The notes under the pieces were generated by a model. That model worked only from the letters and a program-made list of their open reading frames with translations. It was not told the origin of the DNA and did no database searches. A DNA stretch of 64,000 bases from Candidatus Eiseniibacteriota bacterium (GTDB taxonomy: Bacteria; Eisenbacteria; RBG-16-71-46; CAZAMP01), in assembly GCA_965224245.1 (NCBI GenBank), contig OZ245046.1, positions 3,616,001 to 3,680,000 on the forward strand. The letters are read 5' to 3'. The translations under genes and the position numbers were made by a program. Positions 48,977-59,382 of the stretch are shown here, piece by piece; the first letter of the stretch is position 1; each line of letters starts with the position of its first letter.

Positions 48977-51946
48977 ATGAGAGAGCTTTGGAGGACCTTG
49001 CTCGCGGCGGCCGGCATCGCGCTGTCGGCGACCGGGCCGGCCAGCGGCTTCGTCTCGCCGGAGCCCGACCGGATGATCGACGTCCCGCTGCCGGCCGCGC
49101 ACAGTCCGTACGTGCATCCACGCGCGCTCACCGAGACGGTCGCGCTGGAGATCGAGGCCGCCTTCGCTCGCGTCAACGGCGGACGCTGGCAGGCATTCGG
49201 CGTCGACGCGCACACGTGGACGCCGTCGTACCTCGTGGGTAGCGGCGTGGAGACGGGCCTGCCCCTCGCGAACGACCGGGACGCCGAGTCCTCCGCGCGC
49301 TCGATCATCGCGGCCCATCCGGAAGTCTTCGGAGCCGAGGCGGCGGAGCTGACGCTCCGCGACGTCCGCCGCGCGCTGGGCGCCGTGGCCGTGCACGTCG
49401 TCCAGACCCACCACGGCATCCCGGTGTGGGGCGCGTCCGCGCATCTCACGTTCACCGAATCCGGCCGCCTCTTCGCCATGGGCTCGCGGATCTACGACGA
49501 CGTCGACGTCAGCGTGGACCCGTGGCTGTCGGCCCCCGAGGCGGAGCGCGTGGCGCGAGACGCGCTGCCGTTCGATCCCTCCACCGACGTCGTCGAGCGC
49601 GGCACGACCCTCGGGATCCTGCCGGTGCCGGCCGGCCCGAGCGACGTCGACCATCACCTCGTGTGGCGGTCGCGGATCCACACCGCCGACCCGCGCGGCA
49701 TCTGGGTCACGCACGTCGACGCACACTCGGGCGAGATCGTCTGGTGCTTCAACGACGTTCACTTTCTCGAGTTCTCCGGGTCCGCGGAGAGCGACGTCGC
49801 GGACGTCACGTACTGCGACGGCTCGACTCCGCAGGCTTCGGCGTATCTCGATCTGAACGTCGCCGGCATCGGCACCGTCACCACCGACGGCGAGGGGCTG
49901 TGGAACGCCGGCGAGGGCGGCGAGGACACGCGACCGGTGACGTCGCACCTCTCGGGTCCGTACGGGGCCGTATACAACGCCGGCGGTCCCGATGCGGTGT
50001 TCAGCGGCAGCGCCACCGCGGGGACCCCCTTCGCGGTCGTGTGGGACGACACGAACTCACAGCCCGACGAGCGGGACGTCTTCGACGCCATCAACGACGT
50101 CCACGACTTCTTCGAGACGTTCGACCCGGGCTACGTCTACTCCAACGACCCGATCGACGCGTACGTCAGCATCGACAACACGTGCAACGCGTTCTGGGAC
50201 GGCAGCATCAACTTCTATCTGGCCGGTGATGGCTGCGCCAACACCGGCGAGATTCAGGGCGTCGTGCAGCACGAGTTCGGTCACGGCGTCCAGAACAACC
50301 TCCTCGGCGAGCAGGGAAACGAGGGACTCGGCGAGGGCAACTCCGACGTGCTCGCGAACCTGATGACGCAGGAGTCCATCGTCGGCCGGGGGTTCTTCGA
50401 GGGGGACTGCGCCGGCGGACTCCGGAACTCCAACAACACGCTTCAGTACCCGGACGACGTCGTGGGGCAGAACGATCACGACGCCGGCCGGGTCATCGCG
50501 GGCTTCTCGTGGGACATGATGGTCGGCTTCCAGGCCCTCCACGGCGTCGAGCAGGGCGCACTGGAGACCGCTCGGCGCTGGCACTTCGCGCGCAAGCTGG
50601 AGACACCGACGTTTCAGCCGGCCCAGGTCATCGCCACGTTCATCGCCGACGATCTCCCGGCCAACGGCGGCGACGGCAACCTGGACAACGGCACGCCGCA
50701 CTTCGATGCGATCTGTGCCGCGGCGACCAACCACGGCTTCACGTGTCCGGAGATCTCGGCCGGCGTGTTCATCTCTCACGCGCCGGTGGTCTCGCGCGAC
50801 GTCGAGAGCGACGTGGCGTTCGTGGCCACGGTGGTCTCGACCGAGGGCCCGATCGATCCCGAGACGGTCCAGCTGACGTACCGGCGAAACGATGGCCCCC
50901 CGATCGACGTCGGGCTGCTCCCCACCGGAAACCCGGACGAGTACGCGGTCACGATTCCCGGAGAGGAGCTGCCGATCCCCTCGGAGGTCCGGTACTCGTT
51001 CACCGCCGAGGACGTGACCGGCACCCGGGGAACGCTTCCCCGGACGTCGGAGGCCGCGTTGGAGTTCGACGTGGCCGCCGTGTGGGAGCCCTTCGAGTCC
51101 GGCGACGGTGAGTGGATCGTGAATGCCGACGGCGCCGACGACGCCACCACGGGGCTCTGGGAGTACGGCGACCCCAACGAGACGATGCTCGACGGCGTCG
51201 TGCAGCCCGGTGACGATCACTCCGAGCCGGGATCGTTCTGCTGGGTCACGGGCAACGCCGCCGGATCGGCGGGTGCCGACGACGTCGACGGGGGCCGGAC
51301 CACGCTCCAGACGCCGGGCTACGACGTCTCGGGCTCGTCGCTGATCCTGATCAAGTACTGGCGGTACTACACGAACAGCCTCGGCGCCGAGCCGAACAAC
51401 GACGAGTGGGTCGTTCAGGTCCGAAACGACGGCGGTCCCTGGGTCGACGTCGAGCGGACTCAGGACGACCAGAACCGGTGGTATCAGCACGTGTTCGACG
51501 CCTTCGCGGTCTTCGGCGCAGCCGCCGGGAACCTCGAGGTGCGGTTCGTGGCGTCAGACGAGCAAGGCGCCTCGCTCGTCGAGGCCCTCGTGGACGACTT
51601 CGCCATCCTGGCCGACCTCGGCACGATCGTGAACGTGGAGATCGGGCCCGCGCCGGGCGGCGTCCCGGGCGCGGCGTATCTGGGCGGGGCGAGCCCGAAC
51701 CCGTTCAACCCGCGAACCACGATCCGCTATGGCCTGAGCACCTCCTCCGCGGTGCGCCTCGAGGTCTTCGACGCGACCGGCCGATCGATCCGGACGCTCG
51801 TCAACACGACGCAGACCGCGGGCCATCACGCGATCGTGTGGGACGGTCGCGACGATGTGGGACGGAACGTGGCCTCTGGACGGTACTACGGACGCCTGAC
51901 CACCGGCGACGAGACGAGATCGACGACGCTGACGCTCCTCAGGTGA
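48977..51946 (+). CDS. Secreted M4/M36-like metalloprotease with propeptide and C-terminal FlgD-Ig/T9SS-like domain
   Basis: Signal peptide; QTHHGIPV (FTP-like), HVDAHSGEI (PepSY-like), CNAFWDG, HEFGH, EGNSD, PNPFNP...WDGRDD..SGRY. Confidence 0.85.
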   Translation: MRELWRTLLAAAGIALSATGPASGFVSPEPDRMIDVPLPAAHSPYVHPRALTETVALEIEAAFARVNGGRWQAFGVDAHTWTPSYLVGSGVETGLPLANDRDAESSARSIIAAHPEVFGAEAAELTLRDVRRALGAVAVHVVQTHHGIPVWGASAHLTFTESGRLFAMGSRIYDDVDVSVDPWLSAPEAERVARDALPFDPSTDVVERGTTLGILPVPAGPSDVDHHLVWRSRIHTADPRGIWVTHVDAHSGEIVWCFNDVHFLEFSGSAESDVADVTYCDGSTPQASAYLDLNVAGIGTVTTDGEGLWNAGEGGEDTRPVTSHLSGPYGAVYNAGGPDAVFSGSATAGTPFAVVWDDTNSQPDERDVFDAINDVHDFFETFDPGYVYSNDPIDAYVSIDNTCNAFWDGSINFYLAGDGCANTGEIQGVVQHEFGHGVQNNLLGEQGNEGLGEGNSDVLANLMTQESIVGRGFFEGDCAGGLRNSNNTLQYPDDVVGQNDHDAGRVIAGFSWDMMVGFQALHGVEQGALETARRWHFARKLETPTFQPAQVIATFIADDLPANGGDGNLDNGTPHFDAICAAATNHGFTCPEISAGVFISHAPVVSRDVESDVAFVATVVSTEGPIDPETVQLTYRRNDGPPIDVGLLPTGNPDEYAVTIPGEELPIPSEVRYSFTAEDVTGTRGTLPRTSEAALEFDVAAVWEPFESGDGEWIVNADGADDATTGLWEYGDPNETMLDGVVQPGDDHSEPGSFCWVTGNAAGSAGADDVDGGRTTLQTPGYDVSGSSLILIKYWRYYTNSLGAEPNNDEWVVQVRNDGGPWVDVERTQDDQNRWYQHVFDAFAVFGAAAGNLEVRFVASDEQGASLVEALVDDFAILADLGTIVNVEIGPAPGGVPGAAYLGGASPNPFNPRTTIRYGLSTSSAVRLEVFDATGRSIRTLVNTTQTAGHHAIVWDGRDDVGRNVASGRYYGRLTTGDETRSTTLTLLR

Positions 51947-51970
51947 GCGCCGCCTCGGCGGGCGGGAACG

Positions 51971-52729
51971 TCACGGCCGTCGCGCCTCGACGAGGATCCG
52001 GTGATCGTGCACGACCAGCCCGCCGTGCTCGAGGATGTGAGCGTGGATCTCGGCGAGCAGCTCGCGCGATCCCTCCACGTCGTACCCCGGGAACTCCCAC
52101 GAGATCGCCTTCATGTACCAGGCGACCGCCCCCACGTCGCGGAACGTCTTGGGCAGTAGCTCCTCCCGGTCGTCGATCACGTGGAAGCCGGCGGCACGCA
52201 GCTGGCCGGCGTAGTCCGCGGAGCGACGGCCCTCTCCCGCTTCGTAGCGCTCGCGCAGCTCGCGGTCGTCCTCGGCCCCCACCTGCTGCGTCAGGAACGT
52301 CCCGCCGGGACGGAGCACGCGAAACACCTCGGTGGGTGAGAACGCCTCGTGGCGGTTCGTGATCAGACGAAACGTCTGATCCCGGAACGGAAGACGTCCG
52401 CCGCGCCCGCTCCAGAGGTCGTTGTCGGGCGCGGGCTCGACCTGGACGACGTGCGCACCCCGCGCGCGGAGCCGCCGGGCGGCGACCGACACGTTAGGCG
52501 GCCAGGCCTCGGTCGCCAGCGTCATGCCGCCGAACGGCGCGAACGTGGACAGGAACTCGCCTCCACCAGTCCCCATGTCGAGGAGCGGTGACGCCATCCG
52601 GGCCCGGATGCGCGCCGAGAGACTCCAGGAGGGTGCAGTCTCCTCCAGACGTCCGGCGAGATACGAGAAGTCCCAGCCTTCGAACGGTGCGTCCCGTGCC
52701 TCGGCGATCAGCTCGTCGAAGGGTCTCAT
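51971..52729 (-). CDS. Class I SAM-dependent methyltransferase
   Basis: GWDFS, LDMGTGGGE, LPF, RVLRPGG. Confidence 0.9.
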   Translation of the reverse strand: MRPFDELIAEARDAPFEGWDFSYLAGRLEETAPSWSLSARIRARMASPLLDMGTGGGEFLSTFAPFGGMTLATEAWPPNVSVAARRLRARGAHVVQVEPAPDNDLWSGRGGRLPFRDQTFRLITNRHEAFSPTEVFRVLRPGGTFLTQQVGAEDDRELRERYEAGEGRRSADYAGQLRAAGFHVIDDREELLPKTFRDVGAVAWYMKAISWEFPGYDVEGSRELLAEIHAHILEHGGLVVHDHRILVEARRP

Positions 52730-52745
52730 ACCGCCTCGGCCCGGG

Positions 52746-55313
52746 TCACCTGACCAGCGTCATCGTCCGGGTCGCCGTCGCCCGCCCCATGCGGAGCTCC
52801 GCCACGTACGTGCCCGACTCCAGCAACGTGCCCCTGTCGTCGGTGCCGGCCCATCGTACGACGTACGCGCCCGACGCGAGCGGCCGTGTGATCAGCTCGG
52901 CCACCCGGCGGCCCCGGACGTCGTAGACACGCAACGTCACCTCGCGCGGTCCCGCGTTCGCCACCCGGAACGCGATCACCGTCGATCCGTTGAAGGGGTT
53001 CGGACGGTTCGGCGCCATCACCAGCGGTGTCGGCGACGGCGTGCTCCCCGGCGGCGGCGCGTCCGGCGGGAGCGTCGGCGTCACCTCGTCGACGAGCTGC
53101 GGCCCGTCCCTCTCGTCACCGTTCACGTCCGCGAGGTACGCAAACGTCCAGTCGGGCCGGGTCGGCGCCCCGGACTCGTAGAGGTCCGCCCACTCCTCGT
53201 CGGTCAGACGCTCGAAGCCGAGCGTGACGTACTCGTGAAACGAGGAAGTCGGTCCCACGAACGCGGTCAGCGGCTGTCCCGGCGGTGCCGCCACGTACAC
53301 ACCGAGCTCGGGATACCCCGTCCCTCCGTGCAGGATCTTGCCGATCGGACTCCCCCACTCGTCCGTGGGCTGGGTGTGCACGTCCGCGACCAGGAGGTCC
53401 TCGTCGCTCACCGGCCGGCCGAGACCCCACGGGTCACTGAAGTAGAGATCGCGATACCAGCCCTGCTCGGTCTGCCCGTCACATCCCCCGATGAAGTACG
53501 AGCACCCCAGGAACAGGAGCTCGGACTCCGTGAGCAGCGTGCCGGACAGCTCCTTCTCGGCGATCGTGGCCAGCGTGGTCAGGATCTCCTCCACCCCCTC
53601 GAAGAACGTGTCGACGTACGCCGCCGCGCCGTAGCCGCCGATCTGCGAGAACGTCACCGCGGCGTCGGCGGCGAGCTCGGCGAGCGCGTGGTAGAAGTCC
53701 GGGACCGGCTCGACGTACGTGCGCGGATACGAGCAGAACGCACCACCGGTGTACGACTGCTTCGCGTAGAGGAGGTTGTCGTGCCGCAGCTCGGTCCAGG
53801 ACGCGAGCTGCGTGTTCATCTTCTGCTGCTCCCAGGCGCCCGTCTTCATGAAGTCCGGCACACCGGGCTGTCGACCGGTGCTCGACAGCGTGCGAATGGC
53901 CTGCAGCCACGACGTGTACAGGCTGCGATGCCACATGTCGGGCTCGTAGCCGTCGATCAGGTAGCGGAGCGCGCTCAGGTTCGACGCGTAGTGGTACGCG
54001 TCCAGCTCGTCCTGGAGGAGCAGGATCACGCTGTCGTTCCCGAGCGGGAAGAGAACGTCGAGAGGCTTCGGAAGACCACGGAACACCCGATGTCCGTGGA
54101 AGAGGATCCGGTCGAAGACCACGTTTCCGCTGATGAACGAGTCGAGGATGAAGCGCTGCCCCATCGTCAGAAACGCGTACGGCGGCGTGATGGGGGTCGT
54201 GCTCATCGGGTCGGCCATCAGGATCTGGGAGTTGATGGCCTGTGCCGTGTACGCCCCGGTCGCGAGCTCGTCCTCGAACGCGGTCATGACGTCCGGATCG
54301 ACGAGGTCGGCCGGGCTCCCCAGCCCGATCGCCGCCGCCAGTCGATCCAGCTCGACCAGGGTGACGTTGTCGGGATCGCCGACGAGCTGACGTACGAGGG
54401 AGTCGATCTCGTCGAGACCGTCCCCGCCGGGGCCCAGCATCATCTCGCGGAGGAGAAACGCCCCCATGATCTCGCGACTCACGTCCGGCACCGGCGGATC
54501 CACCCCTTCGGGCGGGGTGAGCCGGAACTCGGTGCGCCCGAGCCACATCATGGCCCGGAAGTAGCTACTCAGCGCCGCGGACTCCGTGTAGTGACCCCGC
54601 GGCTTCAGCTGGCTGAAGTCGTAGGTTCGCGGGACGTCGTTGAAGAGCGGGTAGTCCGCCGGCGCCTCGGCGGCACAGAACGCGAGGAGCTCCTCCACCA
54701 CCAGCTGGTTGTCGCCGCGGGATCCGAGCGTCGTCTCGTCGAGGAGGCTCCGGGCCACCGTCAGATACACGTCGACGTCGTCGAGCGAGGCACGCAGCTC
54801 GGGAACGCCGCCGTACGCGGCGTCGGCCGCGTCCCACCGGTCGTGAATGGCCTCGAGCGCCTCGTGCAGCACGCTGCGGAGGTGATCTCGTTCCACGATC
54901 CCCAGGATCTCGACGTACGATCGGTGGATGGCGTGCAGGATCGCGTCGGTGGACACGAAGAGCGGAAGATCGGCGTGCCAGATCGAATCCAGGGCGGTCC
55001 CGTATGCCGGGAACCTCAGGCGTTCGGAGACCATGAAGCCGTTGCGCCCCAGGAGTGCGAGCTCGCCCTCGGTCAGGTGGAAGCGATCGTCGATGGCGTC
55101 CAGGTACTCGGCGGATAGCGGATCGCCTGGGACCTGGGATGTGAACGGGCCGAACGGGGCGTGGGCGTCGATCAGCTCGCCCGTCGTCTGGTCACGGACG
55201 GACTCGAGAAACTCATGGTATGCGTCGGCGTCGAACTCGGCGCGTGTCGGCGAGACGACCACGGACAGACCGATCGCCAGGCACGAGACGATACCGGGGT
55301 GAAGGCGTGACAT
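52746..55313 (-). CDS. DUF3160-like secreted protein with C-terminal FlgD-Ig/T9SS-like domain
   Basis: PLFVSTDAILH, DFSQLKPRGHY, YFRAMMWLGR, GQRFILDS, SWTELRHDNLLYAKQ, RLTDEEW, PNPFN. Confidence 0.82.
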   Translation of the reverse strand: MSRLHPGIVSCLAIGLSVVVSPTRAEFDADAYHEFLESVRDQTTGELIDAHAPFGPFTSQVPGDPLSAEYLDAIDDRFHLTEGELALLGRNGFMVSERLRFPAYGTALDSIWHADLPLFVSTDAILHAIHRSYVEILGIVERDHLRSVLHEALEAIHDRWDAADAAYGGVPELRASLDDVDVYLTVARSLLDETTLGSRGDNQLVVEELLAFCAAEAPADYPLFNDVPRTYDFSQLKPRGHYTESAALSSYFRAMMWLGRTEFRLTPPEGVDPPVPDVSREIMGAFLLREMMLGPGGDGLDEIDSLVRQLVGDPDNVTLVELDRLAAAIGLGSPADLVDPDVMTAFEDELATGAYTAQAINSQILMADPMSTTPITPPYAFLTMGQRFILDSFISGNVVFDRILFHGHRVFRGLPKPLDVLFPLGNDSVILLLQDELDAYHYASNLSALRYLIDGYEPDMWHRSLYTSWLQAIRTLSSTGRQPGVPDFMKTGAWEQQKMNTQLASWTELRHDNLLYAKQSYTGGAFCSYPRTYVEPVPDFYHALAELAADAAVTFSQIGGYGAAAYVDTFFEGVEEILTTLATIAEKELSGTLLTESELLFLGCSYFIGGCDGQTEQGWYRDLYFSDPWGLGRPVSDEDLLVADVHTQPTDEWGSPIGKILHGGTGYPELGVYVAAPPGQPLTAFVGPTSSFHEYVTLGFERLTDEEWADLYESGAPTRPDWTFAYLADVNGDERDGPQLVDEVTPTLPPDAPPPGSTPSPTPLVMAPNRPNPFNGSTVIAFRVANAGPREVTLRVYDVRGRRVAELITRPLASGAYVVRWAGTDDRGTLLESGTYVAELRMGRATATRTMTLVR

Positions 55314-55478
55314 CGGTCCCTCCCGTCGTCGTGCGGATGTGTGACGGACGGCGAGGGAATCGTCGCACTCCAATCCGGACGGCGCAAGTCGCGACGCCAC
55401 GGATCTGGCAGCGTCCCCGGACGGCGCCGGGCCGCCACGCCCGGCAGTGGCGTCGTCTCCGGCACCGCGGGTAGCCGA

Positions 55479-56033
55479 TCAGTCCGTGGCGGGCACGAAC
55501 GGCCGGCCGTCCTCAACGGCGAAGAGCTCCGGGATCCAGCCGCTCTCCCCGTCGGCGCGGAGCATCCCGTAGGTGACGGGCAACGAGAAGCGCTGCGGCC
55601 CACACGAGCCCGGGTTGAACAGCACGAGCCCCGACGGCTCGGTGCGCACCTCGGGCCGGTGCGTGTGGCCGTAGACGAGGACATCGATCCCGTTGGCGTC
55701 GACCCACTCGGCCACCGAGTCGAGGAGTCCGCCGGGGCCGAGCGCCACGTGCGTCATCCCCACGCGCGTCGGGCCGACCCGGAACACGCGCCAGCGGGGG
55801 TGCTCGCTGGCCGAGAACCCGTCCACGTTGCCGGCCACGGCGTAGAACGGCGCGATCGGCAAGAGCTCGATCGCGATCGTGTCGCGGCCGAGGTCGCCCG
55901 CGTGGAGGATGGCATCCACGCCCGCGAGACGCTCGTAGAGCTCGGGGCGGATCTCTCCGTGCGTGTCCGAGATCACGCCGACCCGGGTCGCGCCGGTCAA
56001 GTCGATCGGCTCCTGCACACCCTCACTCTGCAT
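55479..56033 (-). CDS. YfcE-like metallophosphoesterase
   Basis: ISDTHG, HAGD, AGNVD, GHTH, NPGS. Confidence 0.9.
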   Translation of the reverse strand: MQSEGVQEPIDLTGATRVGVISDTHGEIRPELYERLAGVDAILHAGDLGRDTIAIELLPIAPFYAVAGNVDGFSASEHPRWRVFRVGPTRVGMTHVALGPGGLLDSVAEWVDANGIDVLVYGHTHRPEVRTEPSGLVLFNPGSCGPQRFSLPVTYGMLRADGESGWIPELFAVEDGRPFVPATD

Positions 56034-56325
56034 CGTAGCGCTCCTCGAATCCGACCGGCCGGTGGCAGTTGTGGCACACCTGCCGCGTGGTCTTCAGCGT
56101 GCCGTCCTCCTCGAAGTGCGACCGATGCATCGGCGGCGACGTCGGACGGTGATGACAGTCGAAGCACGTGCGCGGCTCGGTCGCCGACAGGTGATCGGCG
56201 TCGGCCGGGTACTCGGGCGGCCTGGCGCAGCCGGGCAAGCCGGCGAGCACCAGCGCCAGTGCCACGATCCCGCGCGTGGGGAGGCACCCCGGCACCGGCG
56301 AGACCGGTCGCCCCGCGCGCGTCAC
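56023..56325 (-). CDS. Small diheme c-type cytochrome lipoprotein
   Basis: Lipobox LPGC; CFDCH and CHNCH; start uncertain. Confidence 0.75.
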   Translation of the reverse strand: MTRAGRPVSPVPGCLPTRGIVALALVLAGLPGCARPPEYPADADHLSATEPRTCFDCHHRPTSPPMHRSHFEEDGTLKTTRQVCHNCHRPVGFEERYDAE

Positions 56326-56359
56326 CGGCGGCCCGTGTCCGCCGTCGCGCCCGCGAGCA

Positions 56360-57310
56360 CTACTCCGCGAGCCCCTTGGCCACGAGCCAGCGCTCGGCGT
56401 CGATCGCGGCCATGCAGCCCGAGCCGGCCGCCGTCACCGCCTGCCGGTACACGTGATCCTGGGCGTCGCCGGACGCGAACACGCCGTCGACGCTCGTGTA
56501 CGTGCTGCCGGGCTTCGTGACGATGTACCCGTTCGGATCCATCTCGAGCTGATCGACGAAGAGATCGGTGTTCGGACGGTGGCCGATCGCGATGAACACG
56601 CCCTGACACGGGAACTCGCGCTTGTCGCCAGTGCGCGTGTCCTCGAGCGTCACCGCGTGCACGCCGGCGGGGCCGGGCTCGCCGTGGATCTCGGCGACGG
56701 TCGAGTTCCAGGCCCACTCGATCTTGGGGTTGGCGAACGCCCGCTCCTGCATGATCTTCGAGGCTCGGAGCTCGTCGCGGCGGTGGACGACCGTCACCTT
56801 GCTGGCGAACTTCGTCAGGAACGTCGCCTCTTCCATCGCGGTGTCGCCGCCGCCCACGATGATGATCTCCTTGCCCTTGAAGAAGAACCCGTCGCAGGTG
56901 GCACAGGCCGAGACGCCATAGCCCATCAGCCGCTCCTCGCTCTCGATGCCCAGGAGCTTCGCCGACGCGCCGGTGGAGATGATGATCGCGTTCGACCGGT
57001 AGTGCTCCTCGCCGGCCCAGAGCTCGAACGGATGGGAGCCGAGGTCGACCCGGGTGATCGTCTTCAGCTCGATGGCGGTCTCGAAGCGCTTGGCCTGCTT
57101 GAAGAAGAGCTCCATCATCTCGGGGCCCATGACGCCTTCGGGAAACCCGGGGTAGTTCTCGACGTCGGTCGTGATCGTGAGCTGCCCCCCCGGCTGCTGG
57201 CCCTGGAACATGACCGGTGCGAGATTCGCCCGTGCGGCGTAGATGGCCGCCGTGTAGCCGGCCGGGCCCGACCCGATGATGACGACGTTGTGGACGTTGT
57301 TTGCGGACAT
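56360..57310 (-). CDS. trxB: Thioredoxin reductase
   Basis: [44 protein letters not shown]. Confidence 0.97.
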   Translation of the reverse strand: MSANNVHNVVIIGSGPAGYTAAIYAARANLAPVMFQGQQPGGQLTITTDVENYPGFPEGVMGPEMMELFFKQAKRFETAIELKTITRVDLGSHPFELWAGEEHYRSNAIIISTGASAKLLGIESEERLMGYGVSACATCDGFFFKGKEIIIVGGGDTAMEEATFLTKFASKVTVVHRRDELRASKIMQERAFANPKIEWAWNSTVAEIHGEPGPAGVHAVTLEDTRTGDKREFPCQGVFIAIGHRPNTDLFVDQLEMDPNGYIVTKPGSTYTSVDGVFASGDAQDHVYRQAVTAAGSGCMAAIDAERWLVAKGLAE

Positions 57311-57645
57311 GGCGCTCAATCCCTTCATGCGCGTCAGGAACGGCGGGCGCGGCGCCCGGCGTATCACGTCTCGACTCGCGATCGCGCGGAACGGTTCCCT
57401 GGGCCCTCGGCCGCTCTCGCGCCCGCCCCTGTCGGACTCGGAGCGGGGGAATCTATCACCGGCGCCGAATCGGCGTCAAACCTCGGCCGGCCCCTGCCCT
57501 CCGGGATTCTGGACAGCCCCAGCCGGGCCTCCCCGGCCGGGGCCGCGCGCCCCAGGTCGGCCGGCGGACGCGCCCGTCCGTCGCTTTCGGGCAGGCGAGC
57601 CCCCTGCTATACTCGCCGATCCTCGTTTGCACGCGGGAGGCAGTC

Positions 57646-59382
57646 ATCGAGCAGCTACGCGCCCTCCGCCCGTATCTCGGGCGCTATCGGACGCCGATCG
57701 TGGCCGGCATCGGGTCGATGCTGCTCGCGATCGGATTCTCGCGGCTGACCCCGTGGTTCATGAAGCTGGCCATCGATGCGCTGGGCCGGCACGAGCCCCT
57801 GTCGGTGGTCCTGCGGTTCGTCGCCGCGATGGTCGGTGCGGCGCTTCTGGGCGGACTCTTCCTGTACCTCCAGCGGTGGCTCCTGATCGGGACGTCGCGA
57901 CGGATCGAGTACGACCTCCGCACCGACCTCTACGCCCACGTCCAGCGGCTGGACCTGGACTTCTTCAGCCGCCGCCAGACCGGCAACCTGATGGCGCACT
58001 TCACGAACGACCTCAATGCGGTGCGCGACGTTTGCGGTCCGGGCATCATGTACTTCACCCAGATGACGACGCTCCTGATCGCGTCCATCACGCTGATGCT
58101 GATCCTGGACGTGCGCCTGACGCTGGTGGCCTTCCTGCCGTTCCCGCTGATCTCGCTGTTCACGTACTACTACGGCAAGCGCATGTACACCTTCTCGCGG
58201 GCGGTCCAGGATCAGTTCGGCGTGATCTCCTCGCGCGCCCAGGAGGATCTCGGCGGCATGCGGGTCATCCGGGCCTACGCGCAGGAGGAGCCGTCGCAGC
58301 GCCGCTTCCACGACCTCGGGTTCGACTATCTGACCGCCAACATGCGCGTCGCGAAGCTCCGCGGCAGCTTCTTCGCGGTCACGACGGCGCTGACCGGTCT
58401 CGGCCTGGCGATCGCGTTGTGGATCGGCGGGCGTCAGGTCATCGACGGGACGCTGACGCTGGGCTCGCTGGTGGCGTTCACCGCCTATCTGGCCGAGATG
58501 ACCTGGCCCGTGATCGCGGTCGGATGGGTCATCGGCATGTTCCAGCGCGGGGCCAGCGCGATGTCGCGTCTGTCCGAGGTGCTGTCGGCGACCCCGAGCA
58601 TCGTGTCGGGGCCGGACACGTCCGCCCCCCGCCCCAGGATCGCGTTCGAGGACGTCACGTTCCGCTACCCCGGCGCCGACACGCCGGCGCTGTCCGGTGT
58701 GTCGTTCCGCCTGGAGGCCGGCCAGACGCTGGGGGTCGTCGGCCGCACGGGATCGGGCAAGAGCACGCTCCTGAAGCTCGTCCTGCGCTTCTACGATCCC
58801 GACGGTGGCCGGGTCGTCCTCGACGACGTGGACCTCCGCGAACGCGACCTCGAGAGCGTCCGGCGCACGATCGGCTATGCGCCTCAGGACTCGTTCCTGT
58901 TCTCGCGCTCACTGGCCGGGAACATCGCGTACGGCGACCCCGACTCGGAGCCCGACCGGATCCGCGACGCATCCGCGCGCGCGCGCTTCCACACCGACGT
59001 GACCGGCTTCCCTGACGGCTACGACACGCTCGTCGGTGAGCGGGGCGTCACCCTCTCGGGGGGGCAGCGCCAGCGCGCATCACTGGCCCGGGCGCTGATC
59101 CTGGATCCCGAGATCCTCCTCCTCGACGACACGCTCTCCAGCGTCGACGCCGAGACCGAGGAGGAGATCCTCGTCGAGCTCCGGGCGATCATGTCCCAGC
59201 GCACGTCGATCATCGTGTCGCACCGGATCTCCGCCGTGGAGGACGCCGACTGGATCCTCGTACTCGACGACGGACGTGTGATCGAGGAGGGACGTCACGG
59301 GGATCTCGTCGGGGCGGGCGGGCTCTACGCCCGGCTCCACGAGCGGCAGCAGCTGGCCGCCGAGATCGAGAGGCGCGCGTGA
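57646..59382 (+). CDS. ABC exporter fused permease/ATPase, subunit 1
   Basis: TM domain, GRTGSGKST, LSGGQRQR, LDD (degenerate Walker B); start appears non-canonical (ATC). Confidence 0.9.
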   Translation: MEQLRALRPYLGRYRTPIVAGIGSMLLAIGFSRLTPWFMKLAIDALGRHEPLSVVLRFVAAMVGAALLGGLFLYLQRWLLIGTSRRIEYDLRTDLYAHVQRLDLDFFSRRQTGNLMAHFTNDLNAVRDVCGPGIMYFTQMTTLLIASITLMLILDVRLTLVAFLPFPLISLFTYYYGKRMYTFSRAVQDQFGVISSRAQEDLGGMRVIRAYAQEEPSQRRFHDLGFDYLTANMRVAKLRGSFFAVTTALTGLGLAIALWIGGRQVIDGTLTLGSLVAFTAYLAEMTWPVIAVGWVIGMFQRGASAMSRLSEVLSATPSIVSGPDTSAPRPRIAFEDVTFRYPGADTPALSGVSFRLEAGQTLGVVGRTGSGKSTLLKLVLRFYDPDGGRVVLDDVDLRERDLESVRRTIGYAPQDSFLFSRSLAGNIAYGDPDSEPDRIRDASARARFHTDVTGFPDGYDTLVGERGVTLSGGQRQRASLARALILDPEILLLDDTLSSVDAETEEEILVELRAIMSQRTSIIVSHRISAVEDADWILVLDDGRVIEEGRHGDLVGAGGLYARLHERQQLAAEIERRA

